This document shows positions 38,083-48,778 of a DNA stretch of 64,000 nucleotides, piece by piece. Both the position numbers and the translations under genes were made by a program. The notes under the pieces were generated by a model, which saw only the letters and a list, made by a program, of their open reading frames with translations, had not been told where the DNA came from and did not search any database. Position 1 is the stretch's first letter. Each line of letters starts with the position of its first letter. The stretch lies in assembly GCA_036384655.1 (NCBI GenBank), contig DASVLX010000155.1, positions 10,110-74,109 of the forward strand, in the 5' to 3' direction. The stretch is from Pseudonocardiaceae bacterium (lineage in GTDB: Bacteria; Actinomycetota; Actinomycetes; Mycobacteriales; Pseudonocardiaceae).

Positions 38083-40935
38083 TCAGCTGCAGCCGGAGGT
38101 GGATCCGCAGCCCTCGCAGACGTAGCAGGAGCCGGCCGGACGCATCTTCGTGCCGCAGGTCATGCACAGCGGCGCGTCGGCCTCCTTGCCCGACTTCAGT
38201 TCGAGCAACTCGGTGGAACTGCCTACCCGGCGAGCGGGCTCCTTGGGCGTCTCCGACCTGGTCTCCTCCGCCGCGGCCGACGGGCGCGGGCTGGCCTCGA
38301 CCGAGGTGCGCAGGCCCTCCAGGTCCACGTCCGCGGAGTCGCCAGCCGAATCGCCATTGACCTGCGCGGACCGCTCGGCGGCGGTGAAGACGCCCAAATC
38401 GGCCCGCTTCTCGTAGGGCAGGTAGTCCAACGCCAGCCGGCGGAACAGGTAGTCGAGCACGCTGGTGGCGATGCGCACGTCCGGATCGTCGGTCATGCCG
38501 GCCGGTTCGAAGCGCAGGTTCATGAACTTCGAGACGTAGAACTCCAGCGGAATGCCGTACTGCAGACCGACCGAGATCGACATCGAGAAGGCGTCCATCA
38601 CGCCGGCCAGCGTGGAGCCCTGCTTACCGAGTTTGACGAAGATCTCACCGAGGCCATCGTCCGGGTAGGAGCCGGCGTGCAGGTAGCCCTCGGCGCCACC
38701 GACCGTGAACGACACGGTCTGGCTCGGACGCTTCTTCGGCAAGCGCTTGCGCACCGGCCGGTACTCGACGATCTTCTCCGGCTCCTCGGCCTTCTTCCGG
38801 GCGTTGGTCAGCGGCTGGCCGACCTTGCAGTTGTCGCGGTAGATCGCCAGCGCCTTGAGACCGAGCTTCCAGCCCTCGAAGTAGATCTTCTCGATGTCCT
38901 CGATGGTCGCCGACTCCGGCATGTTGACCGTCTTGGAGATCGACCCGGACACGAACGGCTGGATCGCGGCCATCATCCGGACGTGTCCCATCGCGTGGAT
39001 GGACCGCTCGCCCATCGCGCAGTCGAACACCTCGTAGTGCTCACGCTTGAGCCCGGGCGCGTCCACCACATGACCGTGCTCGGTGATGTACTCGACGATC
39101 GCCTCGATCTGCTCCTCCTGGTAGCCCAGGGTCCGCAGGGCGCGGGGCACGGTGTGGTTGACGATCTGCATGGATCCGCCGCCGACCAGCTTCTTGAACT
39201 TCACGAGCGCCAGGTCCGGCTCCACACCGGTGGTGTCGCAGTCCATCATGAAGCCGATGGTTCCGGTCGGCGCCAGCACGCTGGCCTGCGCGTTCCGCCA
39301 TCCGTTGCGGGTGCCGACCGCCAGGCACTGCTGCCACTGCTGGGTGGCCAGCTTCTGGATCGCCGTGTCGTTGACGCCGTGGGTGCGAACCAGGTCGTTC
39401 GCGGCCGCGTGCTTGCGCATCACCCGCTGGTGAGGCTCGATGTTGCGCTGGTAGCCGTCGTACGGCCCGACGATGCCGGCCAGCTCGGCCGAGCGGCGGT
39501 ACGCGGTGGCGGTCATCAGCGAGGTGATCGAGGCGGCCAGCGAACGGCCACCCTCGGAGTCGTAGGCGAGCCCGGTGGCCATCAGCAACGCGCCCAGGTT
39601 GGCATAACCGATGCCGAGCTGGCGGAACTTACGGGTGATCTCGCCGATCGCCTCGGTCGGGAAATCCGCGAAGCAGATCGAGATGTCCATCGCGGTGATG
39701 ACCAACTCGACCGAGCGCATGAACTTCTCGGCGTCGAACGTGCCGTCTTCGCCGAGGAATTTCAGCAGGTTCAGCGAGGCCAGGTTGCAGCTCGAATTGT
39801 CCAGGTGCAGATATTCGGAGCACGGGTTGGACGCGGTGATCCGGCCGGATTCCGGGCAGGTGTGCCAGTCGTTGATGGTGTCGTCGTACTGCAGGCCGGG
39901 ATCGGCGCATTCCCAGGCGGCCTTGGCGATCTTACGGAACAGCTCCTTGGCGTCCGTCTTGTCGATCACCTCGCCGGTGGTGCGGGACCGCAGGCCGAAC
40001 TCCGTGCCCGCCTCGACGGCGTGCATGAACTCGTCGGACACCCGGACCGAGTTGTTCGCGTTCTGGTACTGGACGGAGGCCATGTCCTGGCCACCCAGGT
40101 CCATGTCGAAGCCCGCGTCGCGCAGCACGCGGATCTTGTCCTCCTCGCGCGCTTTGGTCTCGATGAACTCCTCGATGTCGGGGTGATCGACATCCAGGAT
40201 GACCATCTTCGCGGCCCGCCGGGTGGCGCCACCGGACTTGATGGTGCCCGCGGAGGCGTCCGCACCACGCATGAACGACACCGGGCCGGACGCGGTACCG
40301 CCGGAGGACAGCAGCTCCTTGGAGGAGCGGATGCGGGAGAGGTTCACGCCGGCACCCGAGCCGCCCTTGAAGATCAGGCCCTCTTCCCGGTACCAGTTGA
40401 GGATCGAGTCCATCGTGTCGTCGACGGACAGGATGAAGCAGGCCGACACCTGCTGCGGGGAGGGCGTGCCAACGTTGAACCAGACCGGCGAGTTGAAGCT
40501 GAACACCTGGTGCACCAGCATCCAGGTCAGCTCATGGCCGAAGATCGTGGCGTCCTCGTCGGTGCCGAAGTAGCCGTTGTCCAGTCCGGTTTGGACGTAG
40601 GCCCGCACGACCCGGTCGATGAGTTGCTTCAGGCTGTGCTCGCGCTGCGGCGTACCAAGCGCGCCACGGAAGTATTTGCTGGTGACGATGTTGACCGCGT
40701 TGACGGACCAGAAGTCCGGGAACTCGACGCCACGCTGCTCGAAATTGATCGAGCCGTCCCGCCAGTTGGTCATGACGACATCGCGGCTCTCCCAGACCAC
40801 GTCGTCGTAGGGGTGCACACCCGCCGTGGTGTGGACGCGCCGCACCCGAAGCCCCGTCTTCTTCGGCTTGCCGGACCCGCGTGTCGCGGGCGCGCCGACC
40901 GTTTCGGTCATCAGCCGTTCCCTCTCCCTTTTCAT
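38083..40935 (-). CDS. nrdJ: Class II (adenosylcobalamin-dependent) ribonucleotide reductase
   Basis: 950 aa. NPCSEY, TGVEPD, and a C-terminal Cys-rich tail CMTCGTKMRPAGSCYVCEGCGSTSGCS. Co-located with nrdR as in other actinobacteria. Confidence 0.93.
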   Translation of the reverse strand: MKRERERLMTETVGAPATRGSGKPKKTGLRVRRVHTTAGVHPYDDVVWESRDVVMTNWRDGSINFEQRGVEFPDFWSVNAVNIVTSKYFRGALGTPQREHSLKQLIDRVVRAYVQTGLDNGYFGTDEDATIFGHELTWMLVHQVFSFNSPVWFNVGTPSPQQVSACFILSVDDTMDSILNWYREEGLIFKGGSGAGVNLSRIRSSKELLSSGGTASGPVSFMRGADASAGTIKSGGATRRAAKMVILDVDHPDIEEFIETKAREEDKIRVLRDAGFDMDLGGQDMASVQYQNANNSVRVSDEFMHAVEAGTEFGLRSRTTGEVIDKTDAKELFRKIAKAAWECADPGLQYDDTINDWHTCPESGRITASNPCSEYLHLDNSSCNLASLNLLKFLGEDGTFDAEKFMRSVELVITAMDISICFADFPTEAIGEITRKFRQLGIGYANLGALLMATGLAYDSEGGRSLAASITSLMTATAYRRSAELAGIVGPYDGYQRNIEPHQRVMRKHAAANDLVRTHGVNDTAIQKLATQQWQQCLAVGTRNGWRNAQASVLAPTGTIGFMMDCDTTGVEPDLALVKFKKLVGGGSMQIVNHTVPRALRTLGYQEEQIEAIVEYITEHGHVVDAPGLKREHYEVFDCAMGERSIHAMGHVRMMAAIQPFVSGSISKTVNMPESATIEDIEKIYFEGWKLGLKALAIYRDNCKVGQPLTNARKKAEEPEKIVEYRPVRKRLPKKRPSQTVSFTVGGAEGYLHAGSYPDDGLGEIFVKLGKQGSTLAGVMDAFSMSISVGLQYGIPLEFYVSKFMNLRFEPAGMTDDPDVRIATSVLDYLFRRLALDYLPYEKRADLGVFTAAERSAQVNGDSAGDSADVDLEGLRTSVEASPRPSAAAEETRSETPKEPARRVGSSTELLELKSGKEADAPLCMTCGTKMRPAGSCYVCEGCGSTSGCS

Positions 40936-41030
40936 CGCGTGATCGTGCCGGCCGGTCCCGTCTGACGTCCCCGTGTGTGGTGGCCCGACCGCATGCCTTG
41001 TGAGGTCTGTGTATTTGTGTGTCGCGGCGG

Positions 41031-41531
41031 TTATCGCGGATCGGGCCGAGGTTCCCCGGACTCCGGCGACTCCTGCCGCTTCTCCGCGATCGCCCGTTTG
41101 AGGTCGGCGATCTCCTTCTCGAAGTCCTCCACCGAGGAGAACGACCGGTACACGCTCGCGAACCGCAGGTAGGCGACCTCGTCGAGTTCGCGTAGCGGGC
41201 CCAGGATCGCCAACCCGACCTCGTGGCTGGGCACCTCGGCGACACCGCTGGCGCGGATCTGTTCCTCAACCCTGTGGGCGAGCCGGTCCAGCGCGTCATC
41301 GTCGACCGGACGGCCCTGGCAGGCTCGGCGCACGCCGCGGATGACCTTCTCCCGGCTGAACGGCTCGGTCACCCCGGAGCGCTTGACGACCGCGAGTACC
41401 GCTTCCTCGACGGTGGTGAACCGCCGGTTGCACTGCGTGCAGGAGCGCCGGCGGCGGATCGCCTTGCCGTCGTCCACCTCACGCGAGTCGACCACTCGCG
41501 AGTCCGGATGACGGCAAAACGGACACCGCAC
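41031..41531 (-). CDS. nrdR: Transcriptional repressor NrdR
   Basis: [17 protein letters not shown]...[15 protein letters not shown] zinc ribbon plus an ATP-cone ([14 protein letters not shown]...[12 protein letters not shown]). Confidence 0.95.
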   Translation of the reverse strand: MRCPFCRHPDSRVVDSREVDDGKAIRRRRSCTQCNRRFTTVEEAVLAVVKRSGVTEPFSREKVIRGVRRACQGRPVDDDALDRLAHRVEEQIRASGVAEVPSHEVGLAILGPLRELDEVAYLRFASVYRSFSSVEDFEKEIADLKRAIAEKRQESPESGEPRPDPR

Positions 41532-41601
41532 AGCAGTTCACCTCTCCTACCCCGGATACCCCGACCACGGCCGCCACACACCCTGGGCCTGGGGATCGTC
41601 C

Positions 41602-41652
41602 TGTGGACGACCGGTGGACAACTCCACCGCCCCAAACCCAACCTGTGGACTA
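41602..41652 (-). promoter_or_regulatory. Three one-mismatch DnaA-box-like 9-mers upstream of nrdR
   Basis: On the nrdR coding strand: TCGTCCACA (41602-41610), TTGTCCACC (41613-41621), TAGTCCACA (41644-41652). All have the same orientation, 70-120 nt upstream of the nrdR start. Confidence 0.45.
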
Positions 41653-41740
41653 ACTACACCAGTGTAACCACTAGATGTTGGGGTACCGTATGTCGCGCCG
41701 ACCGGTTTGGCAAGTCGACACGACAGCCCTCACAACCGAC

Positions 41741-42073
41741 TCACCCGGCCGAGGGAGCGGGTCCGGACAGCGACACACCGGGTGAGACCGGGGCCGGCGA
41801 GGGCGCGCCGGCGAGCCAGCCAAGACTGAACGTGATCATGAACACCAGAAGGCCGATCAGCAACAGCCAGCCGAACCCCCGCATCGGCCGCCGCCACGGG
41901 CCACAGACCACCGGGCGCGTCCGGTACGGCGCGGACACCAGGCTCGCCGGCCGACGGATCGCGCCCAACCCGCCACCCGGGCGACGAACGGGCCGGCGGG
42001 CCGGCTGGACCCGGCCGAGGGTCCGAAGCCTGGCGAGGGATCGCTGGGCCCGCGTTTTCGTGATGACCGCCAT
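41741..42073 (-). CDS. Small Arg-rich single-TM membrane protein divergent from lexA
   Basis: 110 aa. Basic N-terminus, one TM segment (FGWLLLIGLLVFMITFSLGWLAG), short Pro/Ser tail. It occupies the position of the SOS-induced Rv2719c-type gene, but no LysM domain is visible. Confidence 0.45.
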   Translation of the reverse strand: MAVITKTRAQRSLARLRTLGRVQPARRPVRRPGGGLGAIRRPASLVSAPYRTRPVVCGPWRRPMRGFGWLLLIGLLVFMITFSLGWLAGAPSPAPVSPGVSLSGPAPSAG

Positions 42074-42128
42074 CTCCTACCTCCTGACGCCGAACCCCGG
42101 TCAGCAGCCGGTTTCCCATTCACTCTGA

Positions 42129-42160
42129 TCGAACCTTCGTTCGATCGAACCTCTGTGCGA
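42129..42160. promoter_or_regulatory. Two abutting LexA SOS (Cheo) boxes
   Basis: TCGAACcttcGTTCGA (42129-42144, perfect TCGAAC-N4-GTTCGA) followed directly by TCGAACctctGTGCGA (42145-42160). Confidence 0.85.
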
Positions 42161-42223
42161 AGGTTTACCACCAAGCACCGACAAAATCGAGCGCGGGAAA
42201 ACGCACATGCCTCGGCGTGTCGT

Positions 42224-42239
42224 TCGAACAGGTGTTTGA
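42224..42239. promoter_or_regulatory. Third LexA SOS box upstream of lexA
   Basis: TCGAACaggtGTTTGA, 85 nt upstream of the lexA start. Confidence 0.75.
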
Positions 42240-42323
42240 TCTATCACACAAACTGGGCTAACGTGGACAGCGAAGATCGAGATCGGCTGACGCCCGGCCG
42301 ACACGGACACCAGGAGGCGCCAC

Positions 42324-43031
42324 GTGGCACAGAAAAGCGCCGGCATTGACACCACCGAAGGCGGCACCGGCGCCGAGGTCCATGCCTTTCCGGAACCGGG
42401 CGCGGCCGCGCCCGGGCTCACCGCTCGTCAGCAGCGGGTTCTCGAGGTCATCCGGGAATGGCTGGACCGCGTCGGCTACCCGCCCAGTGTCCGAGAGATC
42501 GGCGAGGCGGTCGGCCTGACTTCCACGTCGTCGGTGGCACACCAGCTACGCGCGCTGGAACGCAAGGGCTACCTGCGGCGCGATCCGCACCGCCCGCGCG
42601 CCGTGGGCGTGCTGGCCACCGATGATCGGCAGACCGACGAGGCCGCCAACCAGCCGACCCCGACCTATGTGCCGGTGGTCGGCCGGATCGCCGCCGGCGG
42701 GCCGATCCTGGCGGAACAGTCGATCGAGGATGTCTTCCCGCTGCCCAAGGAGATCGTCGGCGAGGGCCCGCTGTTCCTGCTGAAGGTGGTCGGCGACTCG
42801 ATGATCGACGCGGCCATCACCGACGGCGACTGGGTAGTCGTGCGCGAGCAGCCCACCGCCGAGAACGGCGAGGTGGTCGCCGCCATGATCGACGGCGAGG
42901 CCACCGTGAAGACGCTCAAGCTGCGCGACGGCCATGTCTGGCTGATGCCGCACAACGAGGCCTACGAGCCGATCCCCGGCGATGAGGCGACCATCCTGGG
43001 CCGGGTGGTCGCGGTGCTGCGCCGGCTGTAG
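42324..43031 (+). CDS. lexA: SOS repressor LexA
   Basis: [56 protein letters not shown], cleavage site [10 protein letters not shown], and the GDSM / VKTLK Ser-Lys dyad. Confidence 0.95.
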   Translation: MAQKSAGIDTTEGGTGAEVHAFPEPGAAAPGLTARQQRVLEVIREWLDRVGYPPSVREIGEAVGLTSTSSVAHQLRALERKGYLRRDPHRPRAVGVLATDDRQTDEAANQPTPTYVPVVGRIAAGGPILAEQSIEDVFPLPKEIVGEGPLFLLKVVGDSMIDAAITDGDWVVVREQPTAENGEVVAAMIDGEATVKTLKLRDGHVWLMPHNEAYEPIPGDEATILGRVVAVLRRL

Positions 43032-43041
43032 CCAGGACGGC

Positions 43042-44577
43042 TCAGGCGCGCGCCGAGTCGACGACGAACGCGTCCAGTGCCGCCGCGAGACCGGGGTGAA
43101 CCCGGGCGTACAGGTGGGTGCCGTCGTCGGTGTGATCCTCGCTGATCACTTCGCCCTCGGCGTGCACGCGGGCGGCGAGGTCACCCCTGGCATAGGGCAC
43201 CAGCACGTCCACCGCCACGGCCGGCCTCGGCAGCAGCTCGGCGATCCGTTCGCGCAGCGCGGTCAGCCCGAGGCCGGTGTGCGCGGACACGAACACCGCG
43301 TCCGGCAACAGGTTCCGCAGCCTGGCCAGGGTGAACTGGTCGGCCGCGTCGACCTTGTTGACCACCAGCAGTTCGGTGGGCATCGGTTCGTCACGGTCGG
43401 CGACGATCTCGCGGAGCACATCCCGCACCGCCGTGATCTGCTTCTCGGGCGCGGTGTCCGAGGCGTCCACGACGTGCAGAACCAGGTCGGCGTCGGCGAC
43501 CTCCTCCAGCGTGGAGCGGAACGCCTCGACCAACTGGTGCGGCAGGTGTCGCACGAACCCGACCGTGTCGGTCAGGGTGTAGACGCGACCGTCCGCCGTC
43601 CGGGCACGCCGGGTGGTCGGGTCCAGGGTGGCGAACAGCGCGTTCTCCACCAGCACACCGGCACCCGTGATCGCGTTGAGCAGGCTGGACTTGCCGGCGT
43701 TGGTGTAGCCGGCGATCGCAACGCTGGGCACCAGATTGGCGGTCCGGCGACCGCGCTTGGTGACCCGGATCTTCGCCATCGCGTCGATCTCGTGGCGCAG
43801 CTTCGCGATCCGCTTGTTGATCCGGCGCCGGTCGGTTTCCAGCTTGGTCTCACCGGGACCACGCAGACCCACACCGCCGGTGGCACCACCGGCACGACCG
43901 CCGGCCTGCCGGGACAGCGATTCACCCCAACCACGCAGTCGCGGCAGCAGGTACTGCAACTGGGCCAGCTCGACCTGCGACTTACCCTCCCGCGACCGGG
44001 CATGCTGCGCGAAGATGTCCAGGATCAGCGCGGTGCGGTCAACGACCTTCACCTTCAGCTTCTCCTCCAGCTGACGCAGCTGGCCCGGCGACAGCTCACC
44101 GTCACAGATCACCGTGTCCGCGCCGGTCGAGTTGACCACATCGGCCAGCTCGTGCACCTTGCCGGAACCGATGTAGGTGGCGGCGTCCGCCTTTTGACGA
44201 CGCTGGATCAACCCCTCCAACACCTGCGAGCCGGCCGTCTCGGCCAGGCGGGCGAGTTCGGCGAGTGATGCCTCGGCATCGGCGACCGTTCCCTCGGTCC
44301 ACACCCCCACCAGAACGACGCGCTCCAGGCGTAGCCGTCGGTATTCGACCTCGGTGATGTCGGCGAGTTCGGTCGACAGTCCGGCGACCCTGCGAAGGGC
44401 GGTCCGGTCGGAGAGTTCCAGTTCGCCCTCGGACACTCGGCCCGGTGACACGAACTCCAGTGGCACCAGGTCCCGTTCGGTCCGCGGCGTGTCGCGCTGG
44501 ATGTCTCGGTGCGAGTCGTGGTGCGAGTCATGCTGTGCGGGCACCGTGGGCAGGTATTCAGGCAGGTAATCCGTCAT
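43042..44577 (-). CDS. hflX: GTPase HflX
   Basis: ATG at 44577. GYTNAGKSSLLNAITG, DTVGFVRHLPHQLVEAF, NKVD. Confidence 0.92.
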   Translation of the reverse strand: MTDYLPEYLPTVPAQHDSHHDSHRDIQRDTPRTERDLVPLEFVSPGRVSEGELELSDRTALRRVAGLSTELADITEVEYRRLRLERVVLVGVWTEGTVADAEASLAELARLAETAGSQVLEGLIQRRQKADAATYIGSGKVHELADVVNSTGADTVICDGELSPGQLRQLEEKLKVKVVDRTALILDIFAQHARSREGKSQVELAQLQYLLPRLRGWGESLSRQAGGRAGGATGGVGLRGPGETKLETDRRRINKRIAKLRHEIDAMAKIRVTKRGRRTANLVPSVAIAGYTNAGKSSLLNAITGAGVLVENALFATLDPTTRRARTADGRVYTLTDTVGFVRHLPHQLVEAFRSTLEEVADADLVLHVVDASDTAPEKQITAVRDVLREIVADRDEPMPTELLVVNKVDAADQFTLARLRNLLPDAVFVSAHTGLGLTALRERIAELLPRPAVAVDVLVPYARGDLAARVHAEGEVISEDHTDDGTHLYARVHPGLAAALDAFVVDSARA

Positions 44578-44620
44578 CTTGGTTCCAGTGTCCCACGAAT
44601 GCCCGCCCGGCGGAGCCGAA

Positions 44621-45463
44621 TTACTCGCCGGTCCGGGCCCACCACTGGGCATCGATCTCGCCGCTGGCCACGAACACGGCGGGGCCGGTCAGCGTGCTCT
44701 CACCGGGCGCGATGGTGACCCGGACGCGACCGCCAGGGACGTCCACGATCGACTCACCGGAGTCCCGGCCGGCGAGGTACAGGACCGCCGCGACGGCGGC
44801 GACCGTGCCGGTGCCGCAGGAACGGGTCTCCCCCACGCCACGCTCGTGCACCCGCATCCGCACCCGGCCGGGTTCGACCGGATCGATGAACTCGACGTTG
44901 ACGCCCCGTGGAAACAGCGCTGCGTCGTGGCCGGGGGCCTTGCCGAGATCGAGCGCGTCGAGGCCGCCGAGGGCGTCGAGAACGCAGGCCAGATGCGGGT
45001 TGCCGACATCGACCGCGACGCCGGGTATCTGGTGGCCGGACACGGCCGCGACGGACCGGCCGAGGATCCGCGCCGGCCCCATCTCGACGGTGACCGTGCC
45101 GTCGTCGTGCACGGTCACCGGCCGGACACCGGCCCGGGTGCCGACCGCGAACTCGCCGGGCTTGGCCAGTCCGTTGTCCACCAGATACCGCGCGAACACC
45201 CGCACGCCGTTGCCGCACATCTCGGCGATCGAGCCGTCCGCGTTGCGGTAGTCCATGAACCATTCCACCGAGTGCGCGCCGGGAAGGCCAGTGTTCGCGG
45301 CACGGACCACGCGCAGCACACCGTCGGCGCCGAGACCGCGCTGGCGGTCGCAGAGCGCGCGCACCCGCGCCTCGGTTAGGTCCAACGCGCCGTCGGGATC
45401 AGGCAACAGCACGAAGTCGTTCTGCGTGCCATGTCCCTTGACGAACCGCACTTCCCTGGTCAT
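44621..45463 (-). CDS. dapF: Diaminopimelate epimerase
   Basis: [36 protein letters not shown] (the two catalytic Cys). Confidence 0.93.
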   Translation of the reverse strand: MTREVRFVKGHGTQNDFVLLPDPDGALDLTEARVRALCDRQRGLGADGVLRVVRAANTGLPGAHSVEWFMDYRNADGSIAEMCGNGVRVFARYLVDNGLAKPGEFAVGTRAGVRPVTVHDDGTVTVEMGPARILGRSVAAVSGHQIPGVAVDVGNPHLACVLDALGGLDALDLGKAPGHDAALFPRGVNVEFIDPVEPGRVRMRVHERGVGETRSCGTGTVAAVAAVLYLAGRDSGESIVDVPGGRVRVTIAPGESTLTGPAVFVASGEIDAQWWARTGE

Positions 45464-45472
45464 CGGCTCAGG

Positions 45473-46402
45473 TTACCGCCCGGTTGGTGGGGCGCCCGCC
45501 AGCCGCAGGACATGCCCGAACAGCTCCGGATCCGAGGCGTCCAGCCACTCGATCCGCCTGTCACGCCGGAACCAGGACCGCTGCCGGCGCACGAACCGCC
45601 GCGTCGCGCGGGCGGTCTCCTCGGCGGCGACGGCCATGTCGTACGCATCGTCCAGCGCGGCCAGCACCTGTTGGTAGCCCAGCGCCCGGGACGCCGTGCG
45701 GCCCGACCGCAGCCCCTTCGCGAGCAGCCCTGTCACCTCGTCCACCAGGCCGGCGTCGAACATCGCCCGGACCCGCCGGTCGACCCGTTCGTCCAGGTCG
45801 GCCGGCTCGCGGTCCAGGCCGATCAGCACCGCGCCGTAGCGGGTCGGGCCGGGGCGCGGCAGGGTCGCCGAGAACGGTCGCCCGGTCAGCTCGATGACCT
45901 CCAGCGCCCGCACGATCCGCCGGCCGTTGCCGGGCAGGATCGCCGCCGCGGCGGCGGGGTCCCGTTCGGACAGTTGGGTGTGCAGCGCGGCGGCGCCGAC
46001 GGTGGCCAGTTCGGCCTCCAGCCGGGCGCGAATCGCCGGGTCGGTGCCGGGAAACCGCAGATCGTCGAACAGCGCCTGTACGTAGAGGCCGGACCCGCCG
46101 ACCACGATCGGAACCCGGCCGGCCGCGAGCAGATCCTCGATCACCCGGCGGGCGTGCCGCTGGTAGGCGGCGACCGACGCGGTTTCGGTGACCTCCAACA
46201 CGTCCAGTAGGTGATGTGGCACACCCTGTCGCTGTTCCTCGGTCAGCTTGGCCGTGCCGATGTCCATGCCCCGGTACAGCTGCATGGCGTCCGCGTTGAC
46301 GACCTCACCGCCAAGTTCGACCGCCAGCCGCACCCCCAGGTCGGACTTGCCGGTGGCGGTCGGCCCGACCACGGCGACGGGCCGGAGCGGGGATTCGGTC
46401 AT
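45473..46402 (-). CDS. miaA: tRNA dimethylallyltransferase
   Basis: ATG at 46402. [39 protein letters not shown]. Confidence 0.92.
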   Translation of the reverse strand: MTESPLRPVAVVGPTATGKSDLGVRLAVELGGEVVNADAMQLYRGMDIGTAKLTEEQRQGVPHHLLDVLEVTETASVAAYQRHARRVIEDLLAAGRVPIVVGGSGLYVQALFDDLRFPGTDPAIRARLEAELATVGAAALHTQLSERDPAAAAAILPGNGRRIVRALEVIELTGRPFSATLPRPGPTRYGAVLIGLDREPADLDERVDRRVRAMFDAGLVDEVTGLLAKGLRSGRTASRALGYQQVLAALDDAYDMAVAAEETARATRRFVRRQRSWFRRDRRIEWLDASDPELFGHVLRLAGAPPTGR

Positions 46403-46410
46403 GTCCGCTG

Positions 46411-47157
46411 TCACGTCCACTCGGGATCCCAGACAGCGACGTGATAACCGACACCGAAGGGCGAGTCCGCGTACAACGTTTCGGACCGCCACCGCTCACC
46501 GGAGGCAAGTGCCACCCCCGCGAGCACCTGCCAGGCGACCCGGCCGCCGGCACCCAGCTCGGTGGCCAGCCCGGCGTCCACCTTGAGCAGCCTCATCGCG
46601 TCGGCGGTGGCCAACGCGGTGGTCACCTCCGCGTCGAACGGCTCGGCCCGGTCGTCCGCGGGCGCCGTGGAACCGTCGGGATGCCGGTTCGAACCGTCGC
46701 CCAGCACCAACAGACCCACGGGCTCGGCGGATCGGGCGGCGGACTCGAACAACTCACCGCCCAGGCAACGACATGCGGTGGCGGGCAGGTCGGGGTCGAC
46801 CAGCCGGACCTCAACATGGCGAGCCGCCACCTGGCCGCGCAGCCAGCCCGCGATCAGCACGGGCAGCGGCAGGTCAGCTCCCGGCAGACCGCCGACCTGG
46901 CCGGCCTCGGCGGTCGGAGACAGAGAAACCGGGACGGGCACGCCATAGGCCGCGAACGAGCCAGCCGCGCTGGGGCCGAACGTCGCGGGCCCGGTCGGAT
47001 CGGCGGCGATCGCCAGCCAGTCCACCGCCGCCTCGGACAGCGATCTCGCGGCCGCCAGGCAGGCGGAACGGAGATCCTGGGTCACCTTCGCCGCCCCGGC
47101 GACCAACTCGGGCACCAGCAGTGGCGGGTGCGGGACCACGGCAGCGCGCACAATCAT
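46411..47157 (-). CDS. Class III extradiol dioxygenase subunit B-like (LigB/MEMO-fold) protein, function unknown
   Basis: [19 protein letters not shown]-terminus. Ala/Val-rich. It occupies the position of Rv2728c in the conserved block. Confidence 0.5.
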   Translation of the reverse strand: MIVRAAVVPHPPLLVPELVAGAAKVTQDLRSACLAAARSLSEAAVDWLAIAADPTGPATFGPSAAGSFAAYGVPVPVSLSPTAEAGQVGGLPGADLPLPVLIAGWLRGQVAARHVEVRLVDPDLPATACRCLGGELFESAARSAEPVGLLVLGDGSNRHPDGSTAPADDRAEPFDAEVTTALATADAMRLLKVDAGLATELGAGGRVAWQVLAGVALASGERWRSETLYADSPFGVGYHVAVWDPEWT

Positions 47158-47441
47158 GACGGCATCACGACCACGACGGCATCACGAAGGCCGAGGCTAC
47201 CCGGCTTCCGAAACCGTCACCGACAGCAGCACCTCGACCACGCTCCGCTCGTTCGCTTAGCCCGAATGGCCCAGTGTCCGACGCGGAGTACCGGTGGCGA
47301 CGCTGACCTGTTTAGATGCGGCCTTGGTACCACAACACACCCAGTGTGAGGAAGGATCACGCGTGCCTCACTCTTTCGGTGAGGCGCCCGGTCCAGTACA
47401 TGGGCACCGCAGCACGACGGCGGGCAAGAGGAGGAGCCGCG

Positions 47442-48773
47442 ATGGCGGACCACGACACGGCCAGTGAGGCAGAGGCGACGACGGCGCAGACCGAGGAGCA
47501 GCCCGAAGCCACCACGGAGCCGGCATCGGCCGCACCGCCGGAGGTCCCATCGGCCGAGCCGCACCCCGAGCGGTGGGGACGGGTTGCTGAGGACGGCACG
47601 GTCTATGTGCGCACCGAGGACGGTGAGCGGGCGGTCGGCTCCTGGCAGGCCGGCGACCCGGCGGAGGGACTGTTGCACTACGCGCGGCGGTTCGACGACG
47701 TCCGCGCCGAGGCCGATCTCCTACACACCCGTCTGTCCGCGGGCAGCGGCGACCCCAAGCAGACCCTGGCCTCGGCCCGGCACCTTCTCGAGTCGTTGGC
47801 CGAGGCGTCCGTGGTCGGTGACCTGACCGCGTTGCGGGCGCGCATCGAGTACCTGATCGGCGAGGCGGAGACGGCGCAGCGGGCCAACCGGGAGGCCCGG
47901 GACGCCGCCAGGGCCGAGGCCGCCGCCCACAAACAGGCACTGGTCGAGGAGGCCGAGCAGATCGGCGCCGAGTCGACCCAGTGGAAGCCGGCCGGCGACC
48001 GGCTGCGGGCGATCCTCGAAGAGTGGAAGCTGATCAAGGGCGTCGACCGCAAGACCGACGAGTTGCTGTGGAAGCGGTTCGCCAAGGCGCGTGACGCGTT
48101 CAACCGCCGGCGTGGCTCGCATTTCGCGGACCTTGACCGGCAGCGCGCCAGTGCCAAGGCACGCAAGCAGGAACTGGTCGAGGAGGCCCAGCGGATCGCC
48201 GACTCCGAGGACTGGGGGGACACCGCCACCCGGTACAAGGAGCTGATGGCCGAGTGGAAGGCGGCCGGGCGCGCGCCGAAGGAGGCCGACGACGCGCTGT
48301 GGCAGCAGTTCCGGGCCGCCCAAGACCAGTTCTTCAGCCGGCGTTCGGCGGCGTTCAACGAGCGGGACGCGGAGTTCGGCGAGAACGCCACCCGCAAGGA
48401 GGAACTGCTCGCCGAGGCCGAGGCGATCAATCCCGAGACCGACCTGGCCGCCGCCCGCGCCGCGCTGCACCGGGTGCAGGAGCAGTGGGACCAGGTCGGC
48501 AAGGTGCCCAGGGAACGGGTCCGGTCGCTGGAGGGCCGGCTGCGCGCGGTCGAGGAGCGGATCCGGAACGCGGCGGACGCCAGGTGGCGGCGCAGCGATC
48601 CGGAGGCCGTGGCACGCGCCGCGCAGTTCCGCGAGCGGGTCGAGCAGTTCGAGGCGCAGGCGGCCAAGGCCCGCGCCGCGGGCGACACCCGGCGCGCTGA
48701 ACGAGCCGAGGCCCAGGCCGCGCAGTGGCGCGAGTGGCTGGCGGCGGCGGAGAAGGCGGTTGCCACCCGCTGA
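47442..48773 (+). CDS. DUF349-repeat protein
   Basis: ATG at 47442 preceded by ggaggag. Repeated units of type E(E/L)LWKRFAKARDAFNRRR and DALWQQFRAAQDQFFSRR. Confidence 0.85.
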   Translation: MADHDTASEAEATTAQTEEQPEATTEPASAAPPEVPSAEPHPERWGRVAEDGTVYVRTEDGERAVGSWQAGDPAEGLLHYARRFDDVRAEADLLHTRLSAGSGDPKQTLASARHLLESLAEASVVGDLTALRARIEYLIGEAETAQRANREARDAARAEAAAHKQALVEEAEQIGAESTQWKPAGDRLRAILEEWKLIKGVDRKTDELLWKRFAKARDAFNRRRGSHFADLDRQRASAKARKQELVEEAQRIADSEDWGDTATRYKELMAEWKAAGRAPKEADDALWQQFRAAQDQFFSRRSAAFNERDAEFGENATRKEELLAEAEAINPETDLAAARAALHRVQEQWDQVGKVPRERVRSLEGRLRAVEERIRNAADARWRRSDPEAVARAAQFRERVEQFEAQAAKARAAGDTRRAERAEAQAAQWREWLAAAEKAVATR

Positions 48774-48778
48774 GGCGG

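Noticed and set aside
41656-41681. Candidate NrdR boxes upstream of nrdR, considered as a stand-alone feature
   Set aside because: Only about 9 of 16 positions match the consensus as I remember it, and I could not find the expected pair at about 31-bp spacing. It is mentioned within a finding but not called as a feature.
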